Shown piece by piece: positions 15,001 to 27,488 of a stretch of DNA of 64,000 bases. Source of the stretch: Balanoglossus misakiensis (Eukaryota; Animalia; Hemichordata); contig CM082578.2 of assembly GCA_040954595.2 (NCBI GenBank), positions 10,919,166 through 10,983,165 on the forward strand. Direction: 5' to 3'. The notes below the pieces were generated by a model. The model saw only the letters and a program-made list of their open reading frames with translations, did no database searches and was not told where the DNA came from. Made by a program: the position numbers and the translations under genes. Position 1 is the stretch's first letter; every line of letters starts with the position of its first letter.

Positions 15001-16821
15001 AAGTTTATATAGCGTGAAAAACACAGATATGGAAAATAAAAATGTCAGCCAGCTGCTGCACTCCGGGTGTCAACATAGTGCGGCTGAAGTATAAAGTACT
15101 CAATCACGCTGCATTTACGTACGAGATCATCAATATGTGTACAATCAACATTCTTACAGATGTCAGCCTAATGGCAGCCGTTGTCCATTTGAAATTTGGA
15201 AATCTTTTCAGACTAATCCCGTGTGTGCCGACTACTGCAAGTCCTGGCTAAAGTCAATGTTTCTGAGGGTTGTCGCTCATTTTATCCGTGCCTTGAATTT
15301 TTCACGACACAGGCATTTGCATTTTGAAACATGGGGGGGGGGAATATAATTCTTCATCTGGTCGATAAATTACATCTCAAAGCATACAAAAGAAAGCATA
15401 ATGTGTGCGCAGCTATTCTTTTAAATTTCAGGACTGGTGTTCGTTGGCAAAATGGAGAGGAAGCAACCAGCACTGTCCGATCAATGACACATACTGCACA
15501 TCTATTGTATTGCAAAATACCGGTGCAATAGGAGGTACTTCAGCAGAGAACGTTTTCTTTGTTCTAATCCATCAGACCGGCAGGCTGTGCCGGGTCCCTT
15601 CACTGTACGCTAACTGTTACCACTGTGATCAGGGCTTACAAGGTCTAAAATACAAGGTGAAGGTAATGGCTATTTTCTGACAGGAAGGGGTAACCAAGTC
15701 TTTCCTCAACACCACGGTACCTGCGTGCATTTCAGCTCGAATAAACCGACTTTCAGTTTAACATCTTCTAAAATCTATATAAATTGTTCAGCAGATTAAC
15801 TTTATGAATCAATATAAACAAATGCAGCTATAGTGAAAACTGAGAACTCGGGAACATTCACATGTACATGTATAATAAAATAGTGTGTTACGCATGTATT
15901 CTTAAATTGGAAAAATTTATGCTCTTCATCGGAGTGGAAAACCTTCAAAGGCTGGAGATGGATTATATGCATGCATGTATTACCCGCACTTGAATACATG
16001 ATGTACACACATCTGTGTGTACCATTTATGCACATGTATAATAGATTTCAGTGTTATCAAATGATAACAGAGGAGACTCCAGTATCAATCTCCGTGCTGT
16101 TGAAAAAATGTTGATGGTTGCATTGAGAGGGTTGAGAAATAAGTGAATGAATTCAACCAAGCAGGAAAATCGCTGGGAGTGGGCCAGAGCTTTGCCTGTA
16201 CCACACAATGTACTTGCAGCGTCTCTCTGTAACGTGCTACTGAAACTGTCCGGTTTGAAAAGTGTACGAAAATTACTGAAGTGACGGAACACCTCCCAGT
16301 AAGAGTAGCTATTTTGTGGAACAACAATGTTGACTAAAACTTGATACTTAAACTCCTGAAAACACACTTGAAACTGAAAGAATTTCCTCTTCGTCTTGAG
16401 TTACCCGACGACAAAGGAACCGGACGGTTGGCAAACATTCACGACCACAAAAGACTTCTTCCCCCATCCCGGTGAATTCAGCCTTGCGCCGTGAATCGCA
16501 TGCAAGGTCTCACAGAAAATACCCATACATGTGCGTGGTTATTCGACCTCCAGACAAGCCTCACTCAATTCAACTCTGACCCAAGTTCCGGTCACTCGTA
16601 CATTAGGCGCCCATTTTTTTTTTCTTTAAAATATTGAGGATAGACATACAGATTGAGTTGTGAAGTTTCACCAAACCATCACAAAACAGGTGGTTGTGAA
16701 TGCCCATAAGCACAAAGTTCAAAGTGGAAACACCAATCGTGGGGATTGGTGTGTCCACTTTGAATCAGAGGAGCAGCAATAAAAGCATCAATGGAAATCG
16801 GATGGAAGAAATTCAACTCAC

Positions 16822-17583
16822 CTGTAACGCTGACTTCCATTTCACCATTGGTGGGCACGGTTGAATCCAGAACCGGGCTGAGCTGAATACCGCCGGTGGT
16901 GTCGTTGACGTAAATAAGATCACCTTCGTTGCCCCGGACGATGCTGTACTGGAGACGGTCGGACACGTCCGGGTCGTACGCCGGAACAAATCCTATCTCC
17001 TCCGTGGGGAAGTGGTCCTCGAAGTTGTTGAAGACGACGGCAAAGTCGTTGATGATGGGAACGTTGTCGTTCTGGTCGACGACGTTTATCACCACGATTG
17101 CGTTGCTGAAAAGAGGGGTGGACGTCGCCCGGATCTCGAGTCTGTACTGGTTTCTCTCCTCGTAGTTCATTTCTGCCAGCGTGGTCAACTGACCTGTCTG
17201 GTAGTCCAGCGCAAAGAAGTCAACGTCTCCGTTGACGACCGAATAACTGATGACGGCGTTTGAACCCTCATCGGGGTCAGAGGCTGAGATGGTATCGACC
17301 AGCGCGCCGATAGGACTGTTTTCATTGATGCTCACAACAATTTCGCTGGTCGCAAATTTGGGCGCGTTGTCGTTGACGTCTTTCACGATGACCTCGATCT
17401 CGACGGAGGTGCGTCGCGTCGGATTACCTCGATCTGTTGCATACGCCAGCAGGTTATAAACCGAAATGTCCTCGCGGTCAAGTCGAATTTCTGTTCGGAT
17501 GAGGCCGGACGATTCGTCAATCTTAAAGGCCCCATTTCCATCGTTCCCGCCTTTGAAAGTGTAGCGGATTTGCTTGTTCTCAC
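16822..17583 (-). CDS. CELSR: CELSR/Flamingo second coding exon (last cadherin repeats); the gene continues beyond the left window edge
   Basis: Acceptor tttacag|GT at 17583 and donor ACAG|GTGAGT at 16822 give 762 nt, phase 1-1, in frame with exon 1. It encodes 'YTFKGGNDGNGAFKID', 'DQNDNVP..F.VVFNNF..FP..IG.VPAYDPDVSD', typical of the CELSR C-terminal cadherin repeats. Confidence 0.92.
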
Positions 17584-19366
17584 CTGTAAATTGTAAAAGG
17601 AAAGAATTATGATTGACTGCAACTGAGAGTACACCCATGTTGGGACAAGAATTTCTACAAGAACACCTCAGACCCTTTCATAACATGAACGTGTGGTACA
17701 AACCATGGTGTACATGTACATGAAGGTAGAGATTGCATCTGCCTTGAATTTGGAGTAACAGAGTTTGAAACCATTTTCATTTCAGAGCTACATGTATTAA
17801 ACCCAGGAATGCTTTACAAATACAATGTCTGATTTTAACAACAACTGCTGTTGCTGAACTGTCCGAAGCACACACTATATAAGTTACATTACACCAGCAA
17901 TGTCTCGTTACTGGAGATTTATAGCACTGCTTTGTTCAGATGGACAGTCAGTGGCAGTGTTCATGCCCCGCATTGGGAAGTGCGCGTTTTCTTTTTTTTG
18001 ATACAGTACTGATTGAATTACCAGGCATGCAACGGGCACTACGGACTGTTGCAATTATTGACATATCACTATTTCATTGATAGGTCAGCGGGGGAGCAAC
18101 CTGTGTATTTGGCTTCTTTGCTTCAGGTAACCTGAACTGCCAGGAATTTCTGTCACACGGCTGACCAAAGAAAGCAAAATGAGATATCTCTTTTTGTTCC
18201 TTTCCGTAGAGGCCGGAAAAATCAACCTGAATGCATCGGTTCTATCCTGGTATGGAAATTTTCATCTACACACATTTACTGTACAACACCGAATTTAAGG
18301 TCTTTATAGAGCAGCTGGTGCCCTATGTCGGCCTGCCAGGTAACTACACTGTATGCTACACTGCAAATTACTGTGTCGGGAATGAGTTATGCAAATAAAA
18401 CAAAAAAGGTGGGTTGGACAAGTACAGATGAAGTGACCTTGTTGTCATTGTTCAAACTTAGCTCACCGACACAGCTCAGCTAAAAGCAGACATTTTTATT
18501 GTGTCAGAGAAAACAATAAGCGTCCGCATCGCCAAATGGCTCCACTTGGATGGAAGGACATGCCTCTGTGAATGAGGGTGGTGTTTTGTAACGCGGAATT
18601 GTTACATGAGCACAGAATAAAGAAAGCTCATTGACGAGTATTTAGCCAACAAGAATTTTGAGTAGCTCGTTCTCTTTATGTAGTTTTCCTGCCAGAAGCA
18701 AAGGCCTGGTTCACGGTTCTACATGATGTATTCAACAACAAAAATCACTTTTGATCAACATCACCATTTTAATTAATTAAACACTGTTCACTGAATTTGT
18801 GCAGTCCACTCAACTGGAAGGTGTCTTTACCAGGTGATGTGTAGCACTGATAAGGATGCCATCGATAACTAATAATCTATTGACATTGTCAGCTTGTTGA
18901 ATTTGGTAATTTATATGCCCAAGTATGCGTGATTGTAAAAGAAATGTCCTCTGCCTAGCACCTGAAAAATGATCAGTGTGCACAAACCGAACTGGCTTGA
19001 TGTTTGAAGCTACGACTGTTGTACATATACATGTAGGAGCTTGTTTTTGTACTAAAATATAGATCAGCACTCACAACACACACACTACAATGTATTGTGG
19101 CTCGTACCCACCCTAACTCACTACATTATTGGAAAAGATTTGACAGGTCCAAAGAAATTACAAATTGTAAATTTACCATACTATATAACATAAGCTTCCC
19201 TGTTTTTAACGGTATACATTGTAAGGAGCCTTTGTAAACTAATAAATGTATTTTGAAATATCTATTTTGGGTATCCTTATGGCCAACAGTGTGGAATCTC
19301 AAATCGTACTTGTATTCCACAATGTTAACTTTCTAGTGGCATTCTAAATGGTAAAAAATATCTTAC

Positions 19367-22256
19367 CTTCATCAGCATCTTCTGCCTGAATTCTAAGGAC
19401 ACTGGTTCCACGATTGGAGCCTTCCGCAACCTCGCCACGGTAACTTGGCTCTATAAACACTGGATAGTTATCATTGACATCATTGACCGTGATTTCTACA
19501 TCAGTCGTGTCAAGTTGAGGCTTCAACCCGTTGTCCTGGGCAGTGACGTGTATTGTGTAGCTGAGCTTGGTCTCTCGGTCCAGCTCCATCCTGGTGACGA
19601 TGGCGCCGGTGTCCGGATTGATGTCGAACTCGGGGATGCTGTCCATGGTGTAGGTGATGCGGGCGTTCTCCCCCGCGTCCCCGTCCGTGGCGTGGACCAC
19701 CACCACCGTGTGGCCCACGGGGACGTCTTCGTTCACGCTCGCGGCGTACGGCGACTGTTCGAAGACCGGCCGGTACGTGTTGGCGTCCGACACGTTGATG
19801 TAGACCAGGCAGGTGTCGGAGAGGAGATTGTCCGAGGCGGTGATCGTCAGCACGAAGCGCTGCTCCTGCTTGTAGTCGAGGCGCGACGCCACCGAGATGA
19901 GGCCCAGGCCCATCTGGCTGATGATGCTGAAGCGGTTGCGGGTGTTGCCGGCGGTTATCTGGTACGAGATGCTGCTTTCCTCGTCGGCGTCCATGGCGAT
20001 GACGGTGGCGACGCTGGTGCCCGGTCGGGCATCCTCGTCCACCACCGTGTGGTACTCGCTCTGCTGGAAGGTCGGCGGATTGTCGTTGATGTCCTGCACA
20101 GTGATACTCAGCTGCGTGGTGGCAGTTTTCGGCGGATCGCCCTGGTCGCTGGCAACCACGGTGAAGTCGTAACGGGCCACGGTTTCGCGGTCAAGTTCGG
20201 AGATTGTCGTAAGCATTCCCCGCTCCTCGTCGATAGAGAACGGGAAGTCCTCTGGCGGATTGAGAATACTGTACGTCAGCCTGGAGAACGCCCCGGAATC
20301 AGCGTCAAAAGCCTGGAGATTTATTACCGATGAATCCACACGTAGATCCTCTCGCACTGATGTCTGATACAGTGTGCTTGGAAACCTTGGCTCATTATCG
20401 TTGACATCTTGTATGTTGACAACAACGTGGGTAGAGTTGGATTTTGGTGGTCTACCACTGTCTTGAGCACGAATAACCAGCCTGTAGCTGTTTATGTTCT
20501 CATAATCGAGGCTCGATATGACAGTTATTTGCCCGTTGAAGCTGTCAATGGCAAAATGCCCTTGTGAGTTGCCTCCAATCATACTGTACCGAATATCCGA
20601 ATTTGTCCCGAGGTCTCTATCCACTGCGATGATGCTTTCGATCATGGTGTTCGGAGGGGTGTTTTCTGGAATGTTCACCTCATAGGAGCGTTGGCTGAAC
20701 TGAGGATAGTTGTCATTCTCGTCCAGAACATCTATCGTCACTGTCGCAGTGGCTGTCCTGGGAAAAGGGTTCGTCCCACGGTCCACTGCAATAACTTCAA
20801 AGCTATATTGGTCAACTGTCTCCCTGTCTAATCTGCTTCTGGTGGTGATGACACCGCCCCGTTCATCCAGCCGAAATACACTATTTGGTCCCTCTGTGTT
20901 AACTATACTGTACCGTATCTCGGCATTGCTTCCAATGTCATCGTCAGTGGCCCTGACAGCGATGATGGTTGCACCTGGGTCGATATTTTCCCGGACAGAC
21001 TGCTGATATTCAGACATTTCAAATATGGGCGTGTGATCGTTGACGTCCATAACCTCAATCCGCAAAGTGGTCGTTGCTGTGCGCGATGGGATTCCTTCAT
21101 CGGTGGCAGTGACTCGGAAGTAATGCTCGTCCATCCTCTCTCTGTCCAGCACAGTGGTGGTGGTGACCAGACCGCTCTGCGGGTCGATGTTGAACATGGT
21201 CTGACTTCGGCCGTCGCGAATTGCTAGCATGGAATAGGTGACCCTGCCTGCCGGGCCACTGTCGGGGTCGATGGCTGTCAGGGTGGTGACCACGTAACCC
21301 CGGTCCTCGCTCTCTGGAACCGGGACGATATTTTCAGGGTAAGCAAAACTTGGGGCGTGATTCGAATTCGATCTAATTCCTCTGCGGTACCTACGGTGCT
21401 CAGCCGTCTGCATTTCTTGAAACGGTGGCATATTCATTACAGAATCAGCGGGTTCCGTTCTCCTCTGCAGGAACACTTCGATGGGAATCGCGGATTTGTA
21501 GGCTAGTTCCCCGAGATTCGCCTTGAAACACGACTCCTCGACGAACACGGAAATCTGCAGGTCAAACTCCTGGCCCGGCTTATTCCCAACACATGTGGAC
21601 TGAAGGGTGACCAGATCACCCGTCGTGGCGTCCACATAAAACGAGTCCCATGAGTTGGAATCCACCAGCGTGTAGACCAATTCGCATTCCATCAGCGGTA
21701 CTGGCAGAAAATCCAGTAGCGTCAACAATGACTGTCCTTGGTCGAAACAAGCGGTATCGGGGAAATCGTTGACAATAACAAGCTGTAGGTCATCACTCTT
21801 ATTACCCCGCCGCTTGTGCGTCGGATGGTGAATGCCCAGCGATTTTCGCTTGGTGTGCTTGGCATGAATTGGTGCTGAGCAGTGTATGCCATGAAAAGTT
21901 ACAGTAAGAGGGACTAACGTGTAATTAGAAACACGCACTGTGTAATTACTACTTGCGCTACGAGTCCTCGTGGAAATTTCTAAATAAACTTGAAAGGGGT
22001 TTTTCACCAGGTAACTGCAGTTCATTGGTTTTCGGGTAGTGACCACTCCATGTTCGTCGACTTTAAGCAGGTGTCGACCCTGGTGCGAGCTCAACGGTTT
22101 GTGGACGGCATAGTCCCAGTCCTCACCTATACTAGCGTTGAATATTACAGCTCCTGACGGCACAGTATTTCCAAGGTGGACATTGTAGGCAGTCAAACCC
22201 CGGTGGCACAGGACAAAACAACAGTACAACAGCCAGTATGCTAATGAACATTCCAT
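19367..22256 (-). CDS. CELSR: CELSR/Flamingo (cadherin EGF LAG seven-pass receptor), first coding exon: signal peptide, prodomain and tandem cadherin repeats
   Basis: ATG at 22256 starts MECSLAYWLLYCCFVLCHRGLTA (signal-like). A prodomain of about 290 aa ends in RRYRR. Cadherin repeats follow with LDRE/LDYE, DxD and DxNDNxP calcium motifs; 'GRSQTMFNIDPQSGLVTT' and 'YQITAGNTRNRFSI' resemble Flamingo/CELSR repeats. Donor GAAG|GTAAGA at 19367, phase 1. Confidence 0.93.
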
Positions 22257-22439
22257 TCTGAAGTCGTCTCCGTCATTAAACAATACTATCACGGCAAACA
22301 CCGCCAAATTTCACTCACGAAGTAAAACACTGGAATCCCACCATCCATTTTACGTTACCGACGCAGTCGATACATTTTTTCTTACCGTAGTACAACCGAT
22401 CAACTCGAAAATGGACACACGAACCGATAGAAGGTGGCT

Positions 22440-22830
22440 TCCAGCTTTGTAGGTTTCAAAATGGCTGCGCGGCTCGCCTGTGATGTTTTGATTGACAGCC
22501 AATTTAAATCACATCGGCTCTTCCAATATACTCCCTCGGCGGGCGCGCACTTTAAGCTCTTCCATGAATAGCTGATCGAATTTAAAAATCACAAATTTCT
22601 CTCAAGATCGTCTAGATACACAACGAAACAAAGGCGACAAACAATGGGAATACAAGATTACCCCGAACACTGGTCGGAAAAGATTTCTGGAGATAGCGCA
22701 CAGAGGGTACAATGTCCAACCATCGCAGTTTACGCGGTCACGTGACTAGTTAACAAAAACGTAAAAAGTCTGCGGAACATTGTTGAACACGCACACGCCC
22801 CGCCCCAAAACTATGACGTCAGGTAAGTAT
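22440..22830. promoter_or_regulatory. Putative CpG-rich promoter of CELSR, possibly bidirectional
   Basis: YY1-like CAAAATGGCTGC (~22457), GCCAAT (~22498), palindromic E-box GTCACGTGAC (22737-22746), GC box GCCCCGCCCC (22797-22806) and CRE TGACGTCA (22814-22821), clustered 200-570 bp upstream of the CELSR ATG. Confidence 0.55.
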
Positions 22831-25740
22831 TTTCAACTTTACAACTGTCTGGGCTGAGGTCAACTGTTCCCGGTGTTTACATTTTCAATTCGGTATAATA
22901 AACGAAATCATAATTTTTGGCGCAGAGTTTATTATTCTGTAACTTTGACACAATGTGGAGAATTACTGATGTTGACCAAACGACCCAACTTTCCAACAGT
23001 GAGAACATTATTTTGACGTCTTTGTGCGGCGCATCGAGTCATTTCCTGTCCCAAGTATTTATGATTGTCCTTCATCCCACGTCAAAGAATTCACGATGAC
23101 TCTTCTACATGTACTTCCAGACAGAAACTTGAAAGTAGCGCATGTATTAACCGGTGACCTCGCCACCAGCATGGAAGGAAACGAACGCAAAAGTTAAAAC
23201 ACAGATCTGTCCATTGAGATAAGTTAATTTGCCTGATCAATGGTATTGTTCACATCAAACTGTGGACAGAAGGAAACTTCCAAAGATATCTGTTTCACCC
23301 ATATCAGCAGTGACATATTCGGTAGGCATAAAACCTGGCGGTAGCAAATTGTTATCGTGCACCATGCTGATACTACTGTGCACAATCTACGCAGTCAGCG
23401 ACAACAACGTACATGCTGCAGTACAGTGCAGTGTTCTTATAATTTCTGGAGTACGCCCTCAAGGTAAAAACGAAAGGGTAACATGGAATGCCGATACAAT
23501 GTAATCCCACAAATTCGAAAATCTACTTTAAAAAGTACTGTGGAAAAAAAATGTCTATGCTAAACCCACAAAATAGAGAGAAATTTCATAACAGAAGAGC
23601 GTTACTTTAGAAAGTTATCAGGCGGTTTCTCTTTACCACCGATTATAGTCATTGGGCCGCATACTATACCCACAGCGGAGCGCAGCAAGTGCTTTATTCA
23701 TTAAAATACATTGCAATAATATTACAGTAATGTTGACAGATTTTTCTTTCAACTCTTCCCACAGCAATTCCCTCTATATTTTCTTCCAGTTATGCGACTT
23801 TACTACAACATGCACGAATGTGAAAACATTTCTAACATTTCCCCCCAGGCCATAAATAATGACGGCTCCCTAACTCTAAAAAATCGGGCCCGTTCGGTGT
23901 CGGACCGAACTTCACTCGATAATTCCTTCGGCAACATACACTCGTGTTGACTCTGCTAAATGGGGATGCTCTTGGTAACGTATAGTTCACTTTATACAAT
24001 GATATATATGTTATATCATGTTGAATAAATATTTCAACTTGATTCTACTTACCTCCTCACATACAGTATTTTCATGCGTCTGCCTTTGCTGCGTAAGTTG
24101 CCAGGTTGCGTAAGTGGACACAGATGGCGCACGTTCGTTGGCGTTCATATTTGCGAGGCAAGCTCTGAAGGTGATACGGGATTGCATATAAAGGTGATTG
24201 GTGTTACAAATAAGTTATTCTTTTGGGATATTCAGGACTTCATTACGGCATTATCGAAAGCGGACCCTGGAGATTCTCCAAAATTTCTTTTAGAGAAAAT
24301 TACATTGAAACGCGTCAGTTTTGCTTTTCGCTCCATTGACGAGGAACTCACTGACAGCAGGTAATGATTTAAAGATGACATTATCAAGATTAGCTCATTC
24401 TGACTATATACACGGTGAAGTTGTGCCTTCTGACATGGACAACCATCTTACCCAACTGGAACATTAAAGCTGCTACTCTGTTCTATGTTGTAAAAGATGT
24501 TCTCACCAACATAAGCTCGGTCACATTACCCGATAACTGAGAACTTTTCACTACTACTTTGCCGCTTTGGTTACGTATATAATGAAACGGAAACATCAGA
24601 GGCAATCTTTCAGCCATTTTCATTTGCCAATTCTTACAATTCATACCTTCAGTAAAGATGCAATTTCTTTCATCGTGTAATTCACCGTCAATTCAAAGTG
24701 AAAAAAAAAATCGTTTTGGTACAAATCTCTGTCTTTCCGAATTTACACAGATTGAAACGGCCTTTCGAGCACTATACCTGTTCTTTTCAGGTAAAACAAA
24801 GTATGCAGTAATATCATTCACCATGTTTTGCCATATTCCTCTATGTACCCAAGAATCCATACACGACAGGGCGGGGCAGTCGCAGATAGAGAGTGAATTG
24901 TCAAACGGCCGTAATCTCTCCTCCCCACGGGGGACATCGATGATGCTACACTCTTGCACCGACTAAATCTCCCAGAGTATTATTTCCCCCCTTTCAATCT
25001 TGCAAACCAGACATCTGCTTGATAGAACTGGGCACCCACGAGACACATCGTTTATTTTGTACTGTCACTCGGGAACTTCTTTTCTGTTTCTGTTCACGTT
25101 TTACAGAATGTTACTCGCCAGCCCGCTAATTTAGAACAGGTAATATTACTGAATGTGTTTTTTACCTGTCTTTGAAAAAAAATGAATTTGAAACGTTGGG
25201 TTCCTGTGTAAACCGGTAATCCACCAAATTGTTCACCTATAATCATACCGAACAACACAATGTTCTCAAATTCCTTTCTAAGATTGTTTCTATTCTTGGA
25301 AACACAATCGCAAGATTTTTGGATTGCTGGGGATGGGGGAGACAGATTTGCTGACAAAGCTGTTGCCCCAATCGCGTTAATAAGAACATGCGGCGCATTG
25401 TCACATCTAATTTCGCATCTCATCGCGTTCCGCAAATCTCATGAATGTTCTAATTGGCATTCCGCGGTAGAATCTGGGGTAATTTGCGTTTTAAGGAGAG
25501 GAGAATGCGATTATCTGCAAATCGCACAGAATAATGGTCTGGTCGTAAAATTTGCTCTGCATTGCCACGATGCAAGCCACATCGGAAGGAAGATTAGTGG
25601 TGTTACGTGAAACTCTTGGGATGTGGCGTTTTGATCTTAGTCATATGAAAATATTACTGGGAAGAGCCTAATGTTCCCATCCTCATCCGCGGGAAGGTAA
25701 CGTGAAAACTACTTCATATGGAAGAACTACTTGTACACTT

Positions 25741-25795
25741 GTCTGTCTATCTGTCTGTCTGTCTGTTTGTTTGTTGGTGGGTGGGTGGGTGGGTG
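25741..25795 (+). repeat. Compound tetranucleotide microsatellite (TCTG/TTTG/TGGG)
   Basis: gtctgtctatctgtctgtctgtctgtttgtttgttggtgggtgggtgggtgggtg seen directly. Confidence 0.75.
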
Positions 25796-26297
25796 CTTGG
25801 GGCTAAGGAAAATAAATTCAATACTTTTTCTGCTAAATTGGCACAGTCCGGTGGCCACCTCGCGAATCGCAACCACGCATGTACGTTACCAAGACAACGG
25901 TACGGCATCCAATAGTGTAAATGTCGTCAGCTTAAACGGCGATTGGTTTGAAATGTAAGGTTTACGTAGTTATCACGTTTGTAACCCATGTTCTGTGTGT
26001 ACACCGTACAAGCAAATTACCTGAGTGTGTTTGAGGGAGCAGCGCCACAGATCACGTGATACACGTGAGGCGAGGAAATAGGGTTATGTACACTTCTGAT
26101 CATTTTTCGAATGGAAAAGTCAATTCGTCACGCGTTTCTGTTATATATCGCACCACAGTCTCTGTGATCGCAACCATGCAGCTTGGCGATCGGTTTTGAA
26201 TCTCCGTGCGTTTCTTAGTAATTCATTTTCTGCTACTGGAACTCGGATATAGCCGAACGTTTTGTTGTCGACACCTGCTCTCTCTCTTTCAGTCAAT

Positions 26298-27488
26298 ATG
26301 TGGAACCAAACAGTTGCCAACGTCACGGACGCGTACAACTCGTCTCCGACACAGCAGCCCGCTCGCGATTTCGGTCCGATCCATATTATACTGCCTACCG
26401 TCATGTCTTTCATATGCTTGTTCGGTCTGACAGCAAACATTCTCGTCGTCTACGTTCTGTTGGCACACGTGAAACTGAAAACAATTCCAAGCGTCTTCAT
26501 TCTAAACCTGGCGATTTCAGACATCATTTATATGCTCTGTTTGCCTTTCGTCGCCTACCAGTACGCCACGAGCGATTGGGTCTTCGGTCTGGTGACGTGC
26601 AAAGTGGTATCATCCATCGACTTGGTCAACCAGCTGACGGGAATATATCTATTGACGTTGATGAGCTTCGACCGATACCTGGGCATAGTCAGGTGGTCCC
26701 TCTCCGCTCGCCTGCGGACGCTCACGCACGCGAAAGTTGCGTGCTTGTTGGTCTGGATCGGGGCCGTGGCAATCTCGCCGCCCACTTGGATCTACTCAAC
26801 CCTGTATCCGTCCGGCATTGGCGGTGGAGCAAAACTCTGTGCCGTCATCTTCCCGAATCCCGCCAAGCACGACCTGATCTACCTCGTCTGCGTCTTGTGT
26901 GTCGGGTTCGCGCTGCCCCTGGTGGTGATCAGCTACTGCTACTTCTGGATTCTGGACGAAATCCTCGCCAAACGGATGTCTCGACAACGGGGCGACGACG
27001 ACAGCTTCGGCGTGACCGGGAAACAGCAGAAGCCGTGGAAGATCACCGTGCTAGTTTCCACGTGCGTGGTGGTCTTCGTGTTCTCCTGGCTGCCCTACTA
27101 CGTGGCCCTCCTCCTGTTGGTCGTCGGCAGTCCGGCGCAACCCACCCGCGGGCTGATGGTTTTCTTCTACGTCTCGCTCTGTCTCACCTACCTGAACAGC
27201 TGCCTCAACCCGTTCATCTACTCGCTGGCCGGCGAGAACTTCCGACAGGGCTTCGGCAAGGTTCTGTCCAGGAGCAGCACCAGGAGTAAGTACACGATCA
27301 ATAGCGTCACCGTCACGCCGAAGACAATTCGGCGGCATTCCTTGAACGGTTTTGACAACGCGGCCGTCATGATGGACGGCAGAACAGGTTCCTTTCCGTC
27401 GCCGGGTAACGCCGCACAGCTCACCGGACATCAATTAGTTGCCATGAAAACATTTACCAAGGATGAAGAAGCAGGAACTTTAAAATGA
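26298..27488 (+). CDS. Rhodopsin-class peptide GPCR, melanin-concentrating hormone receptor-like (somatostatin/opioid/MCH/urotensin clade), intronless CDS, 396 aa
   Basis: ATG at 26298 follows a polypyrimidine acceptor (tctctctctttcag, ending 26292). N-glycosylation sequons NQT, NVT, NSS. Seven hydrophobic segments with NLAISD, DRY, FALP, WLP and NPFIY. 'IILPTVMSFICLFGLTAN', TM3 'D..NQ' and 'PTWIYSTLYP..GGAKLCAVIFPNP' resemble MCHR1/MCHR2 as recalled. Confidence 0.9.
   Translation: MWNQTVANVTDAYNSSPTQQPARDFGPIHIILPTVMSFICLFGLTANILVVYVLLAHVKLKTIPSVFILNLAISDIIYMLCLPFVAYQYATSDWVFGLVTCKVVSSIDLVNQLTGIYLLTLMSFDRYLGIVRWSLSARLRTLTHAKVACLLVWIGAVAISPPTWIYSTLYPSGIGGGAKLCAVIFPNPAKHDLIYLVCVLCVGFALPLVVISYCYFWILDEILAKRMSRQRGDDDSFGVTGKQQKPWKITVLVSTCVVVFVFSWLPYYVALLLLVVGSPAQPTRGLMVFFYVSLCLTYLNSCLNPFIYSLAGENFRQGFGKVLSRSSTRSKYTINSVTVTPKTIRRHSLNGFDNAAVMMDGRTGSFPSPGNAAQLTGHQLVAMKTFTKDEEAGTLK

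Noticed and set aside
1-16800. Many short ORFs in the left 16.8 kb
   Set aside because: None shows CELSR EGF/LamG or other recognisable domains; treated as CELSR intron, though a small exon could have been missed.
19515-20333. 272-aa antisense ORF inside CELSR exon 1
   Set aside because: Antisense shadow of a locally GC3-rich coding block.
26300-27289. 329-aa alternative-frame ORF overlapping the GPCR
   Set aside because: Non-ATG start and Arg/Leu/Pro-rich composition; an expected shadow of GC3-rich codon usage, with no recognisable domain.
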